A stretch of 64,000 nt of DNA from Octopus sinensis (Eukaryota): contig NC_042999.1 in assembly GCF_006345805.1 (NCBI RefSeq), positions 28,086,001-28,150,000 of the forward strand. The letters are read 5' to 3'. How positions within the stretch are numbered: position 1 is the first letter of the stretch; every line of letters begins with the position of its first letter. Made by a program: the position numbers and the translations under genes. Below are positions 39,253-55,515 of the stretch, in pieces. Under the pieces are notes generated by a model, which made no database searches, was not told the DNA's origin, and saw only the letters and a list, made by a program, of their open reading frames with translations.

Positions 39253-40034
39253 TATTCTGCACCCAGAATTCAATAATACCTAAGTTAACTTTACCTTTCA
39301 TTATTTCGAGTCCGAGTTATATAAAACATCAGTCAAAGGAGATGAACTGGTGGAAATGTAAGAGCGTTAAACGGTATTGCACGGGATTCCTATTCGAGTT
39401 GTTTGTAATGTGGGTTAATTCAAAAAAATTCTTAGGGATGAAAATCCTACTAACGGCAATTTCGTCACTGAAAGAATACACTCGAAGGAGTAACATGAGA
39501 GACTGTGGTACCATCTTGTTCTGTAATCAGATAGAACACAGTCAAGTCTTTGAAGACAAAGAAGTGTGGGAATAGAATCTTTCTCAACACTTATCAATGT
39601 AGCGAATGAGTGCAGACTTCCAAAGACCTTGGAAACATCCTTCACAACAAGGAAACACAAATGATGACGACAGCAACATCTGAGTTCCTGGATACATTTC
39701 TCTCTGTCTGAAACATGGTCATTTCTAATACTCCGAACGAAGTAGCATAGCATTTATAACATATAGCCAATAATAAAATTTTATAGAAAGGAAGTATAAT
39801 ATCAATTGCCAAAAGGAGTAAAGAATTTAACACTTCGTGCCTTTTTCTCTCCTGGGAATGAGAAGGATAGAGCGAAAATGTTGCATTACCGTTTGGCTGT
39901 TTTAGGACAGCAAACTTAATTATCTAACCGTTCATATACCAGGGGTACGTATGGAAGTTCCATCAAGAACTCCTTTAACTTATCCACGACCCCCGATACA
40001 TATCAGATGGGTAATTCGAACTTACTGTTACAAA

Positions 40035-40430
40035 CAATATATTTATTTCTTTATTGCCCACAAGAGGCTAAATATAGAGGGGAAAAACAAGGACAGACAA
40101 AGGGATTAAGTCGATTACATCGACCCCAGTGCGTAACTGGTACTTATTTAATCAACTCCAAAAGGATGAGAGTCAAAGTCGACCTTAGTGGAATTTGAAC
40201 CCAGAACGTATCAACAGATGAAATACCTATTTCTTTACTACCCACAAGGGGCTAAACACAGAGGGGACAAACAAGGACAGACAAAGGGATTAAGTCGATT
40301 ACATCGACCCCAGTGCGTAACTGGTACTTATTTAATCGACTCTGAAATGATGAAAGGCAAAGTCGACCTCGGCGGAATTTGAACTCAGAACGTAGCTGCA
40401 GACGAAATACTTCTAAGCATTTCGCCCGTA
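40035..40430 (-). mobile_element. Dimeric SINE (family C)
   Basis: Two tandem ~180-bp bodies; same architecture as 62423-62840. Confidence 0.85.
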
Positions 40431-41614
40431 CATTACATGATAAAATACTTATTTTTGATGAAATCTTTCTTTTGAAAAAAAAAAAAAAATAAATAAAAGA
40501 AGTAAATTTTAACATGCAGAACAAATGAAAAATAAATAAATAGATAAATAAAAATAGAAATAACGAAAACAATTTATTAACGACTGCCACAATAACAACA
40601 ACTAAAACGAAGGACAACGACAACAGCAGCAATATTTGCATAGAGACCTATTTGCAAGCGTAGACATGAGTATCGCCACTGCTGTATTATATTCAAGAGT
40701 TTGAGCCAGAACCACACACAATTATTTATAAGGGCATGAGCAACGTAGCAATAAAGCAAAATATTACCACCAGCATCACCACATCATTATTACCATCACC
40801 CCCGGTGCCGAGGCTGTCGTCGTCACCGTCGTCGCTGTAAACAGTAATATAACATACAAAAACAACAAGTCATCGGTAGTTTCTTTCTTTTTTTCCTTAT
40901 TCAATTATTTCTTTCGCAAGTTCCACAAAAAAATATAAAATAAAATAAAACTCATTAAAAGTTGAAATTAGGCATTGGCGTCAGGCTGAAGTATTTAGGA
41001 TCAATAACCGACATTGTTGTTTGTGAGACGTAGCTGGAATTGTTTGTCTAACAAATAGAAAGACAGAATTAAGTCGCAAGATTTGAAAGACTTTTAAACA
41101 GCTCCACCTTGTTTTGCCAAAAAAAAAAAACTAACCCCCCCCCCACCAAATTATCAGCAAAAAAGAAATTTATATTTATTTAGTTTTGTTAGTTTGTAAA
41201 TATTTGGTGTTGTTCTTTGTTCTTTTTCTTACCCTGCCTCAGATCAGTCTTACTCAGCCATATGATCAACTGTATTCGAGTCATCCCCAACTCCATTTTC
41301 TTCCCATGTTATAGAACTACATTAGAAGTACATTATTATCCAACTGGATAACAATGTAGAACTGCATTATTATTTAGACCTACGTTATTATCCAACTGCT
41401 CTTTCTTTCTTTAAGATGATAGGACGTGATAGAAGGCAGAGAAATAAGAGGAGTTAGAGTAGATTTGGCTGTTTACTGTTGCCTTGGTTTCGCTTTCTTG
41501 TGTACCTAACTCTCGCCTCCTTGTAATCTTAAGTGTCACCTTAATCCCACCTTCTGTGATGTCCAGTTTTATCTAGGCCCCGTCTCTTTGTAATCTCCAC
41601 AATTATCTCGGTGT

Positions 41615-41926
41615 GGAGGCACATGGCCTAGTGGTTAGAGCAGCGGACTCGCGGTCGAGGGATCGCGGGTTCGAATCTCAGACTGGGCGATGTGTGTGTT
41701 TATGAGCGAAACACCTAAGCTCCACGCGGCTTCGGCAGAAGGTAATGGCGAACTTCTGTCGAGTTTTTCGCCACAACTTTCTCTCGCTCTTTCCTCTTGC
41801 ATCTTGCGGCTCACCTGCGACGGACGGGCATCCCGTCCAAGTGGGGAACCTATACGCCAAGGAAACCGGGAAACCTGCCTTTATGAGCCAAGCGTGACTC
41901 GAGAAGGAACAAACAACAACAACAAC
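41615..41926 (+). mobile_element. Family B SINE, full length, tail type 3
   Basis: ggaggcacatggcctagtggttagagcagcggactcgcggtcgagggatcgcgggttcgaatc (A and B boxes) plus central block and (aac)n tail. Confidence 0.9.
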
Positions 41927-42924
41927 TATCTCGGTCTCACCGTCTTATAATACTCGCTTCCTTGTAAAGTTAATTGTTATTTTAGTAAAATTTGTCATCG
42001 ATCAGATCTATATAAGGTACTTTAAGCACGAATAACCTATTTTTTTCCTTTCAAACATCTTGTGAACATTTTTTCTATCCAGTGTGCCGTTGCTGTTCAA
42101 AAGTGTGATTTGAGGGACGATTGATTGCTATTAGTGAAGATCAAATTACCACGTAGAGATCATTTTTATTCCGTAGGTGATCGAGTTCATTTATACTCTC
42201 AATAAGATTTGCCTTTCTACTAATTAATACAATGATCAATAAATTTAATTAGTGATATAGTGGAAAGCTGCTCCTATCCGTTAATGAACCGTTTGGTCGC
42301 AAATAAACCTCAGATATTACCCTACAATGTGTGATCTAAACAACTATACACAATTAACATTGAATGCATCACACTTGAATTGTCTATATTGTATTGTTTC
42401 AGGCATTTTGTCCGTCTCTACGTTTTGAGTTCAAATTCTGCCGGGGTCGACTTTGCTTTCATCCTCTGATGTTGATAAAATAAGGACCCGTTGAACACTG
42501 GGGCCGATGTAATCGACTAATCCCCTCAACCGAAACTGATGGTCTTCTGCCAAAGTGTGAACCCTACATGTTACATATAGGAAGTAGATTCTCACAAGCG
42601 CTAGTGTGGGAAAATTCTTTACGTTCTTTCTTCCGGCTCTTTACATCATTCTGAGTTCATGTCCTATCGAGGTCAACTTTACTTTTCATCCCACTGGGGT
42701 TTCGATCAAATGAAGTACCTGTCATGTACCGAAGTCGCTATAACCTACAGTTCCTCTTCTACCAAATTTCAAATTTTGTACGTATGTATAAAAGTATAAT
42801 GTCTAATTTGCAGTGTAACTATTGGTATGCGTTTACTAGAAATACGAGCTTGCTAAAAATATATGCTAATAAGTTTACTTTACGTTTTAAATTATACCTA
42901 CCTATCTACCGACCTAGCTCCCAA

Positions 42925-45500
<2,576 letters not shown>

Positions 45501-46031
45501 GTATGTGTAAAGATATAAAATATTTCTTGATAGGTAAATAAATTAGCTGGTTCACAAGCGCAGACGTACACAAATTTACATATTCAGGCACTAGCATGCA
45601 CACACTCTTAATATACATTGTACAACACTCCTGCTAACTCTCGCTCTCCTTCACAAGGGAATCCTCCCTCTAAATGTCTTAACAATACTCGTAAATAACG
45701 ATAAACTAAAGTGTTGAGTGCTCGCAGAATATTCAGTGGATTGTTTAGAGTGGAGAAGGGTAAAGAGTGAATCGCTAATAAATCTCAAGGAAGTAGAGGC
45801 GTTACATTAAATAAAATTAAGTTGAAATAGCAAATATGGTGATGACTGTGGAGTAAAAAGAAAAAAATGAAATGGTTAGAAGAGAAAACCGAAAAGGAGG
45901 TCGTTGGCGGTAAGGGAAGGAACAGAATAAAATGAGAATTGATTGTTTCTCGTTCCCTTGACAGTTAATAAGAAAAACAAATAATTAAGAAAATATCAAC
46001 ATTGTTATCATCATCATCATCATCATCATCA

Positions 46032-46070
<39 letters not shown>

Positions 46071-46135
46071 GAGTGAGAGAGCAGTGCATGCCATCAAAGT
46101 GACACTGGGGTAAAATATACGAAGCCCAGTACACC

Positions 46136-46138
<3 letters not shown>
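46071..46138 (-). mobile_element. Truncated copy of element X between TTA tracts
   Basis: Matches 26015-26085. Confidence 0.8.
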
Positions 46139-46205
<67 letters not shown>

Positions 46206-46215
46206 CTATTATTAC

Positions 46216-46273
<58 letters not shown>

Positions 46274-46276
<3 letters not shown>

Positions 46277-47946
46277 TAGTTTTATTTTTATAGCGTGCTT
46301 TCACTTCACTACCGAGCGCAGCTCTGTGTGCCTTGGGTATGTGCTGTGATTTGTTGTGATGCTCTGATGGTTATTGTATGGAAAGTGTTCTGCGTAGGAT
46401 GTGTGCAGTGCCTAGTAGTGCAATTTTCTGTATGTTATATGTGTTTGTAAGTCCTGGTGTTTTTGTTATGTATTTGTCTGAATATTTTTTTATCGTGCCT
46501 AATGCACCTACTATGATAGGAATTGTTTCTGTTTTCAGGTTCCACATTCTAGTTATCTCTATTTCCAGGTCTTTGTATTTTGAGAGTTTCTCCATTTCTT
46601 TTAGAGACACGTTGTCATCTGCCGGTATTGATACATCAATTAGAAAGCATTTTTTTTCTTCATGATCTCTGACAACTATATCTGGTCTGTTGGCCTTAAT
46701 TTCTCTATCTGTGTGTATCGGCATATCCCAGAGTATGGTTGCTTTCTCGTTTTCTGTGACCTTTTCTGGTGTGTGCCTATACCATCTTTTTTCTGTTGTT
46801 ATTCCATAATGTTGGCATAGCTTCCAATGTATGTAGGTTCCAACTCTGTTATGTCTGTGAATATATTCCTTCTTAGCCAGGACTGGGCAGCTAGAGATAA
46901 TATGATTTATTGTTTCTTGTCCATCTCCACATATTCTGCAGTTACTTGTAATATTTCTTTTCATTACATGTTTTTGGTAATTTCTGGTGGTGAGGCTTTG
47001 GTCTTGTGCTGCAATTAAAAATCCCTCTGTTTCTGCTTTGAGTCCTGAGCTTCTCAACCATTGCTGGGATTTTTCTTTGTCTATTTCTTTTGCGTTTAGT
47101 TTAGTGCAGTATTTACCATGAAGCGGCTTTTCTTGCCATCGTTTTATCATGGCTCGTTGCTGTTCTATTTTTAGTTTGGATTTCATTTGTTTTATAGCTT
47201 TTGTTGTTTCTTCATCATCTTCTTCTTCTTCTTTGTGTTTATTAGGTGGTATGATTTCTTGTTTGTATTTGTCAGCTTCCTTAAATACTGAGAACAGTTT
47301 TTTGTTTTGCTCGTGTTTTGCTGCTATCTGGATCAGTTTTCCTTCCTTCTGAAGTAGGTATTTTTGCAGTCCTATGGTGGTTATTTTATAGTAGTTTTCC
47401 AGCTGTATAAGGCCTCTACCACCTTCTATACGTTGTATATATAGTCTTTCTATGTCAGATTTTGGGTGATGCATCCTAGATCCTGTCAGTATTTTTCTTG
47501 TTTTCCTATCTATTTTGGACAGTTCATTTCGTGTCCAGTTAAGGATATTGTAGTTGTAACTTATAACTGGGACAGCTAAAGTGTTGATACCTATTATCTT
47601 GTTTTTAGCATTGAGCTCTGTTTTTAATATTGATCTAACTCGTCTATAATATTCTTTTTTTATTTTCTCTTTCATTTGTGTGTGTTGTGTCTTATGTAGT
47701 TCATGGATTCCTAAGTATTTGTAAGTTTGGCTTTGGTCTAATTCTTTTATTTCATTGGTTTTATCTAGTGTGATGTTGTTACTCTTAACTAGTTTTCCTC
47801 TTTTCATGGTTACTTTGGCGCATTTTTCTAATCCAAATTTCATATCTATTTCTTTGGTAAATCCATGAACTGTCTTTAATAGTGTTTCCAGCTGTTTGTC
47901 ATTTGCAGCGTATAGTTTTAGGTCATCCATATATAAAAGGTGGCTG

Positions 47947-47949
<3 letters not shown>
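46274..47949 (-). mobile_element. 5'-truncated young R4/Dong-clade LINE (lineage 1) inserted in (TAA)n
   Basis: Both junctions are TTA repeats; the 5' break falls at ISHLLYMDD; the 3' UTR matches 26671-26770. Confidence 0.96.
46371..47930 (-). CDS. Uninterrupted 519-aa C-terminal part of a retrotransposon ORF: RT YMDD and thumb, CCHC knuckle, restriction-like endonuclease
   Basis: (Y)MDDLKLYA, YKYLG, GGRGL, CRICGDGQETINHIISSC, RHN, RPDIVV..LIDVSIP..EKLSKY. Being 5'-truncated, it cannot encode a complete RT. Confidence 0.93.
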   Translation of the reverse strand: MDDLKLYAANDKQLETLLKTVHGFTKEIDMKFGLEKCAKVTMKRGKLVKSNNITLDKTNEIKELDQSQTYKYLGIHELHKTQHTQMKEKIKKEYYRRVRSILKTELNAKNKIIGINTLAVPVISYNYNILNWTRNELSKIDRKTRKILTGSRMHHPKSDIERLYIQRIEGGRGLIQLENYYKITTIGLQKYLLQKEGKLIQIAAKHEQNKKLFSVFKEADKYKQEIIPPNKHKEEEEDDEETTKAIKQMKSKLKIEQQRAMIKRWQEKPLHGKYCTKLNAKEIDKEKSQQWLRSSGLKAETEGFLIAAQDQSLTTRNYQKHVMKRNITSNCRICGDGQETINHIISSCPVLAKKEYIHRHNRVGTYIHWKLCQHYGITTEKRWYRHTPEKVTENEKATILWDMPIHTDREIKANRPDIVVRDHEEKKCFLIDVSIPADDNVSLKEMEKLSKYKDLEIEITRMWNLKTETIPIIVGALGTIKKYSDKYITKTPGLTNTYNIQKIALLGTAHILRRTLSIQ

Positions 47950-48003
<54 letters not shown>

Positions 48004-48023
48004 ACTATTACTATTACTATTAC

Positions 48024-48072
<49 letters not shown>

Positions 48073-48769
48073 TTTCAGTAATATCATTTTTATTGCGTTC
48101 TTCAACAGCTCTACAGAGCTCAGCGCTGTATGTCTTTCGTATATGCAAGTATTTTGATTAAGTCTCGTATTTACTATATTGAAAATGTTCTAGTGCGGTT
48201 CCTAGTACGTAGTTCTATTTCCTGTTTATATGTATTTTGCATATTTACAAGATTTCTAGAGAACTAGTTGAGAAGAAAAGCGTCATTGGCCCTGAGAGTA
48301 ACACTGGATTTCAACCAGAACAGTCTGAGCCGTCTTTTCTGGAGAACTTTCAGATTCAGACTGGAATCATAAGTAACTTGCTACACTCTTTGGCATTGCA
48401 GTAATACAGAGAAGCCTTACCTATTCGAGAGAAACTCCGACAAGTATTTGTTTGCATGTATTTAGTCATTCCCATGGCACCTGTTCTTAATAAATTGCTT
48501 CTCTTTTCAGTTTCCATATTCGGGTTTTTCTATCTCAATACGATAATATATATTAATGGTTTCTCCGTTCTTTTTTGGCAGAAACATTATTTTTGGGGAC
48601 TCATACTTCGATTAGGAGGCATTTCCTCTTCTTTGTGGCCATGACAGAGATATTTGAACGGTTAACTTTGATCTCCTTGCGTGGACTGGCATATTTCACA
48701 GTATAGGTGATTTGCTATCCTCGGAGATCGGCAACATTCTCTCTCTCAGTGACTATCTCTGGATGGTCT

Positions 48770-49110
48770 TCATACCATCTTAAGGGGCGTGATAACATAA
48801 TGACGACATAAACCCCATTTTATATACTGTAGAGGCAAGAACTGAGCAACCAGAAACAATGTGGTCAATATATTGTCAAGTTTGTTATTGCAGAGTCTAC
48901 ACTTTGTGTCTAACTCATAGTGTGTGACATTAGCTTGGTAGTTCCGAGTGAGGAGACTCTGATCATGTGTCGCTAGGATAAATACTTCTGATTTGGCTTT
49001 CAAACCAACACTCTGCATACACTTATGGTTTCTTCTCTTATCTACATCAGCTTCTACAGCTCGTTTGGGGTATCGACCATGCAATAGTTTTTCTTGTCAC
49101 ATAATTGAAA
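48770..49110 (-). pseudogene. Diverged Dong-like LINE fragment (pre-knuckle and knuckle region)
   Basis: MHGRY...GLKAKSEVFILATHDQSLLTRNYQ...CRLC parallels LHGKY...GLKAETEGFLIAAQDQSLTTRNYQ...CRIC in the 519-aa ORF. Confidence 0.85.
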
Positions 49111-50925
49111 TTTCCTTCATATACATTTATTTACATACTATGTTAACTTTTCCTCTCATTTCTCTTCCTCCAATTTTTCTCACCCAGTTTTATGTGCCTC
49201 TACAGTCAAATTGCATAGACCAATGTCGGTCTTGTAGCATCTATAACATTTCCAGGTCTCACAGCACTCTATCAGCTAGAAAATACCATCGGCGGGAAAA
49301 CGATTCCAGATTTCTTTGGAGGACTTGTTGAGAGTATGAGCATCAACGGCTCTGCAAAAAATCTGAGCAGTCTTTTGGGAGCAACTTCCTACTATCTTTG
49401 GCATGAAAGTGCTACCGAGAAGCTTTACCTATTCGAGACAAGCTCTACATGCATGAAGGCGCCAAAGTCAGTCCGTTGCGCATGCAATGGGGTAAAACAC
49501 TCCTGCACGCCATCGTTCAGTGGTCGTGGAATGGTAACTTGTGGCTTGTATCGGACACCAGCCGATATGACATCGCGGATATGACAGAAAGGACTGTTCT
49601 CCGATGCACCCTAGTGGGTGTGGTGAAAGTGGTAGTGTTATGGGCTCGTCTGAAGACAGTTATCTACTTATCTGGCCAAACTGTCATCAGCTTCTTCAAG
49701 TATCACTCGAAGGGAATGATGAAGGGGGAAGAGAGAGAGAGAGAGGGGGGAGTGATAAAAAGAGAAAGAGGGAGAGAAAGAGAGAAAGCGAGAAAGATAG
49801 AGAGAGAAAGAAAGAGTGAGAGCGAGCGATCGAGTGAGTGATTGAGAGAGAAAATACGGTCCTTTCGTGTGCTTATCGGAAAGGAAATGCGATTGGAAAG
49901 ATTGGTGAGATTGAAAGGGGTTAACCTGAATATGCTTTTCTTTGTAGGAAGAGAGAGACTGAGGATGCCTTGGATGTGGTAGAGAAATCCGAGTCTTTGT
50001 ATAATGTTTCCCCACAAATAACCCGTAGTGATCTTCCGCCCTATTGGGGAAGTTTCCATTCTGATGATTTGTCAACATCTTATTGTTATCTAGTACTGTT
50101 TATTGATATCCTTTAGTGTTATACTTTTGGTTATAGCAGATACGACTTTGCCTTTCATTTTGTCAAGATGCGTATTGGTGTCGGTGTAATCGATTTGCCG
50201 CCTCCCCTCAAATTTCAGGCCTTGTACCTATCGTAGGTAGAGCTATTGTTATCATCTGCATGATGATAACTAAGCAAAATGGTTAGCACGTCGGACAAAA
50301 TGAGTAGCGGCATTTATTTCGGTTCATCATTTTCAGTCAACCGAGTTTGACTCTTTCTTTCATCCTTTTGAGTTAATAAAATAAGTACCAGTTGAGCACA
50401 GGGGACAATGTAATCGAAATACCCCACCTCATAAAAATTGCCAGCCTTTTGCCAAAATTTGAAATAGTTAATAGGATGATGACGTGGCGGAAACAACAAC
50501 CGAGAAATACATCTCCGACAGGGTCGACGATATCTTTCATCTATTTAAGCTGATGTAATAAAGAATATTTGTTGTTGAGCGGCCAAAGTCAGCCCCTAGT
50601 CGAGGTACAGCTATAACATTAGGTAGATGGTTGAATAGCTTAGAGTGACATACAAGTCCATAGTTAAAGATATACCATTCCTCGTCATATGATCATACTG
50701 TATACTCCAGCATGCAGTGCAGGGTTCATTGTGGCAGTGAATTCTGTCGACTCTACTGTCATAATCTAAATTTACGTAACCATTGTTGATGTTGATACTA
50801 TTATTATTATTATCATTATTATTATTATTATTAGTGCTGTTTTGTTGTTGCTGCTCCTAATCATGGTAATGATGACAACTAGGATGATGATGATTATGAT
50901 TTTTGTCTCAGTTGCGAACAAGCAA

Positions 50926-51346
50926 GGATCTTTTCGGTTTGAACGGCAGTTTTTAACATAATTTTTAGGTAACAAAAGATTCTAAACTTCGTGTACTGGT
51001 AGAATGTGTTTATAAAACATCTTTTTCTCTTGGCTTTATTGAGAACATTCTATAAAGATATTTGTTGTTTTTTCTTCAATTTCTGCAATGTCAACCAATC
51101 ACTGACGTCTATTGAGGTAAAAAACATTCTGTGCCGTATGAATATTCCCTCGTTTAAGAAACAGATTGGGTTTATTTACATTTGTGAAGAAAATAGATAC
51201 CCTTCCCCCACCCCTAACCCTAACCCTAACTAACCCTAACCTTAAAACAGATTGAAATGCAATAGATCGATACTAAGGTCATAATTATGGGTGACAATTT
51301 CATATGACACCGCTAGAAAAAACGGCCGTTCAAACCGAAAAGATCC
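50926..51346. mobile_element. MITE copy 1 with an internal (CCCTAA)n tract
   Basis: 22-bp TIRs ggatcttttcggtttgaacggc / gccgttcaaaccgaaaagatcc; no clear TSD. Confidence 0.9.
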
Positions 51347-52395
51347 TAGAATATTGCTGATATGACATTGTTAACATGATAGTGTTGATACAATAGCGAT
51401 GGGTACACTGGTAACGTTTCTGAAGTGTTGATAGACATGTGTTGATAGAATAGTGGCTAAAACAGAAATATCGCTACTGCAATTTTGATACAGCGGTGTT
51501 GTTACACTAATATTGATACAGTTGTGTTGGTATAGTAATCGCTTATAAAATATAATTGACACAGTAGAGTTGATATAGTAGTGCTTGAAACAGTAATCGT
51601 GATACTAAAAGTTGCAGCAGTACTTTAGTTAAGTAGTATTGACACTACTGTGTTTGATACAAAATTGTTGATACAACCATATTGATACCATAGTTTTATT
51701 AGAGAAGTATAAATACGATAGCGTTGATACAGAGATTTAAAACAGGCGTGGCGTTACAGTGATGTTGATGGAACAGTAGCTAATACAGTAACCTGGTGAA
51801 TGTTGTGCTGAAAGAGTTGTGTTGATACATTAGCAGCAGAGAGAAGACTGTTGATAAAGTTATGCACTAGTATTAATATAATAATTTTGATAGTATTCAT
51901 AGAGTAGTCGCTATTACAGAAGTGTTAATATAACCGTATTGTTACAGTAATGTTGACAGAGTAGGGATTTATACATAAGCATTGTTACTGTGAATGATTA
52001 AAGTATGTTGATATTGTAGTATTGATGTTCTAATTTTCAAATAGTAATGCTGTTACAGTTTTGTTGATAGAGTTGTGCTGGATACACAAAGGCTGATACA
52101 CTGATAGTATTATGGTTGATATAATAGTATTGCCACAGTAGTGATAAGGTAGAGGCTACTACAGCAGTTATGATAGTAGTGCTGATACAATATTGCTGAC
52201 ACCGCAGTATTGATACAGTAATGTTGATACAGTAGACGCTCACGCAGTAGTATAAACAATCATGTTGACAGAGTAGTGTCTGATACAATAGTTTCGTTAT
52301 AGTAGTGACTGATATTTATCAGTGTCGGTACCGAAGATTGTTACAAGAGTGCGATACAGGGATACAAAAGATTCATACAATAGTCTTCATACAAT

Positions 52396-52700
52396 TTGTT
52401 TGTTCCTTCTCGAGCCATGCCTGGCTCATAAGGGCCGGATTCCCGGTTTCCTTGGCGTATAGGTTCCCCACCTGGATGGGACGCCGGTCCGTCGCAGGTG
52501 AGCTACAAGATGCAGGAGGAAAGAGTGAGAGAAAGTTGTGGCGAAAGAGTCAGCAGAAGTTCGCCATTACCTTCTGCCGGAGCTGCGTGGGGAGCTAAGG
52601 TGTTTCGCTCATAAAGACACTCATCGCCCGGTCTGAGATTCGAACCTGCGATCCCTCGACCGCGAGTCCGCCGCTCTAACCACTAGGCCATGTGCCTCCA
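52396..52700 (-). mobile_element. Family B SINE, full length, tail type 3
   Basis: Reverse complement of the 41615-41926 type. Confidence 0.9.
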
Positions 52701-53313
52701 CTGTTCATACTATTGTGGTGTATCGAGTGAGTTTGGTACACTAGTGGCGATACATTATTGATGGTACAACAATTTTGATAGCGCTGTAAAAACACTGTTG
52801 ATCCAGTTGTGACTTACAGACTAAGTTTGATAGAAAAGTATAGTGCTGATACAATGAAGGTAATGTTGGAATATCGATACTACGTGTAAATATATTAGAG
52901 CTGATAAAGTAATGTTGTTACAGCTTTGTTAATTCACATGTGACTAATACAGTGTTGACGTTACAGCAGTATTGGTGCCATATCATTAATACAATAGGGC
53001 TTATACAGCAGTGCTGATATATTAGTGGATATCATTATCGTATTAATATGTAGAACTTTTGATATAGTAGCGTTGATAAGTAGCGTTTGTACATTAGATT
53101 TGATACAATAGCTATGATGCAAAATGTGACTGGTAAAATTGATAGAATAGTTGAAGCAATAGTAAGTGATATAGTAGTGTTGTTACATTATTAATGGTGA
53201 GAAGTGGTGATCTTGCAGCGTTGATGCAGTAGTGTTGATGTGGTACGGTTGTATATTAATGGCAGATAGAATACTGTTGTTACAGAAGTGTTCAAACGAT
53301 TGTGTGGATGTAG

Positions 53314-53736
53314 GGATCTTTTCGGTTTGAACGGCAGTTTTTAACATAATTTCTAGGTAACTAAAATATTTTAAACTTCGTATACTGGTAGAATGTGTTT
53401 ATAATACATCTTTTTTCTCTTGGCTTTCTTGAGAAAATTCTATAGTTTGTAAGATATTTGTTGTATTTTTCTTCAATGTCTGCTATTTCAACCAATCACT
53501 GACGTCCATTGAGGTAAACAACATTCCGTGCCGTATGAATATGTCCCTCGTTTAAGAAACAGATTGGGTTTATTTACATTTGTGAAGAAAAAAAGATACC
53601 CTTTCTCCCACCCCTAACTCTAACCCTAACCCTAAAATAGATTGAAATGCAATAGATCGATACTAGGGTCGTAATTATGGGTGACAATTTCATATGACAC
53701 CGCTAGAAAAAAATGCCGTTCACACCGAAAAGATCC
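53314..53736. mobile_element. MITE copy 2 with a perfect 8-bp TSD
   Basis: Same TIRs and interior as copy 1; ggatgtag at both 53306-53313 and 53737-53744. Confidence 0.92.
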
Positions 53737-55515
53737 GGATGTAGTTATGTTGACACATATGTGCTGTAACAGAATATCTGAAAGCCTGTAGTGTCTGATA
53801 CAACAGTGTTGGTGCAGTCCTCTCTGAAGCTCTAGTTTTGATACAACAGTGTTCGCTAAGAAGTTGCTGTTACTGAAACGTTTCTATAGCAGTGTTGATC
53901 GAGCAGTGTCTGTTACAGTAAGTTTGATATATTATTAGAAGATACACGTGTGCTCTGAAACACTACTATTTGATATACAGCAGTGGAGATATAAAGGTAT
54001 TGATACAATAATGTCGATACTCTAGTAATTGATACACTAGTGCTAGTAGAGTATTTTTGACACAATCGGGCTGACACAAGAGTAAGCGATACATTAATGA
54101 TAATACAGTAGTGTTGTTGCTGTAATGTTAATACAGTCATATTGATAAACCAGTGTTGTTTTCTGTAGAAATGCTAGAGTAATGGCTGATACAACCGTGT
54201 TGATACAGTAGAGTCAAGCATGCGGGTCATTATAATTGATTAAATACTATCCATCTCGATTGGCTGACCTCGTGTCTTATGTTGAAACAACTATTTTTAC
54301 GAAGTTAATGAATCGTCAGACAAAATGCTTTGCTGTATTTCTTCCGGGTCAATGTTTTCTGAGTTTAAATCTTGCCGAAGTAAACGCTGCCTTTTATCAT
54401 TTAGGATTGATAAAATAAAGTAGCAATGAAGAATTAGTGGTGGTACAATTAACTAGTCCACTCATCCTAAAATTTCTATTTTGTTTCTATGTTAGAAGCA
54501 ATTATTATTATTATTATCATAAAGCCAGAATTTACTTCGGCTCTTTACGTTCCAAGATCAATATCTACTGAGGTCATAATGAATTAAGACAAGGCTAATT
54601 AAAGAACAGGCTAAATATGTATTCATTTCTTCTGCTCCTCGGCTGATTCCCCAGTATTTGGGAATAGAAACAAGGTTCGTGTTTTACTTTTGGGTACATT
54701 TATATTTTTTCTTTCTCAAGCCATTATCAAGGACAATATGGGAAGATGGTGAGTGCATATGAGACATTTGTCGATATGTGTTCGAGTAGTATTTTCATGG
54801 GTACAGAAGTCTTCAAGTCTTTGCAAGACCAGAGAACAGTACGAGATATGTGCCATGTAGAGTTGTTCAAACGAAGACCTCAAACCTCAGCATCCAAGAC
54901 GGATGACCCAGCTGTTACACAAACTATCTACTCAGAAAGATAATTACAGCAACAAGTCATGAAAGTTGTTGTGTCTTGTCAACATCAGATTCAAGTCGTG
55001 AAACAGCAAATGAAGCTGTTACCTCAGCGGTTCAAGGATTAGACAAAAAAGAAGTGGAGATAGAGAATCACCGCAGACGCTTATGGCACTCAATAGCACT
55101 CAATAACAATTTTCTTCATTGCTACGCTTTACACATTCTGATACAATAGTTTCATTGCAGCTTCTCTAAAGTATCTTCTGGTGAACATAATAAGCGTCTA
55201 TATTGTTGATCATCATTTGGAATAGCAAGTGCCAGTTTGTAGTCAATACGTGATATACTAATTGCTCTTTAATGATACAGTTCTATATCTAAGAGATGAG
55301 GAATTATGTACATTATTTACATTATTTATATTTGACGGATATTTGTCCTCATCTTGTTTGTTGTTAGACTAAAAGAAGTAGCACACATGCTAGGACACAA
55401 CAACCTCTTAAGCAGGCCGAGTGCGATATGAATAGCAATTGGGAACCGGTATTAAGGAAGGATAGGAAAATATTAGATTTATAAGCCCTAAAAATTCACT
55501 CCATAATTGCCCATG

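Larger units (their letters stand above)
51350..54230. repeat. Highly decayed short-period (~14 bp) satellite, approximate unit gtgttgatacagta, interrupted by a SINE and a MITE
   Basis: Recurrent gttgata/tgatacag/agtagtg words throughout. Confidence 0.75.

Noticed and set aside
41615-41690. Genuine tRNA-Arg gene
   Set aside because: It continues into a SINE body and tail shared with other copies, and no proper acceptor stem is evident.
51205-51245. True telomere or chromosome-fusion relic
   Set aside because: Only a few units, and they are an internal part of a MITE present twice.
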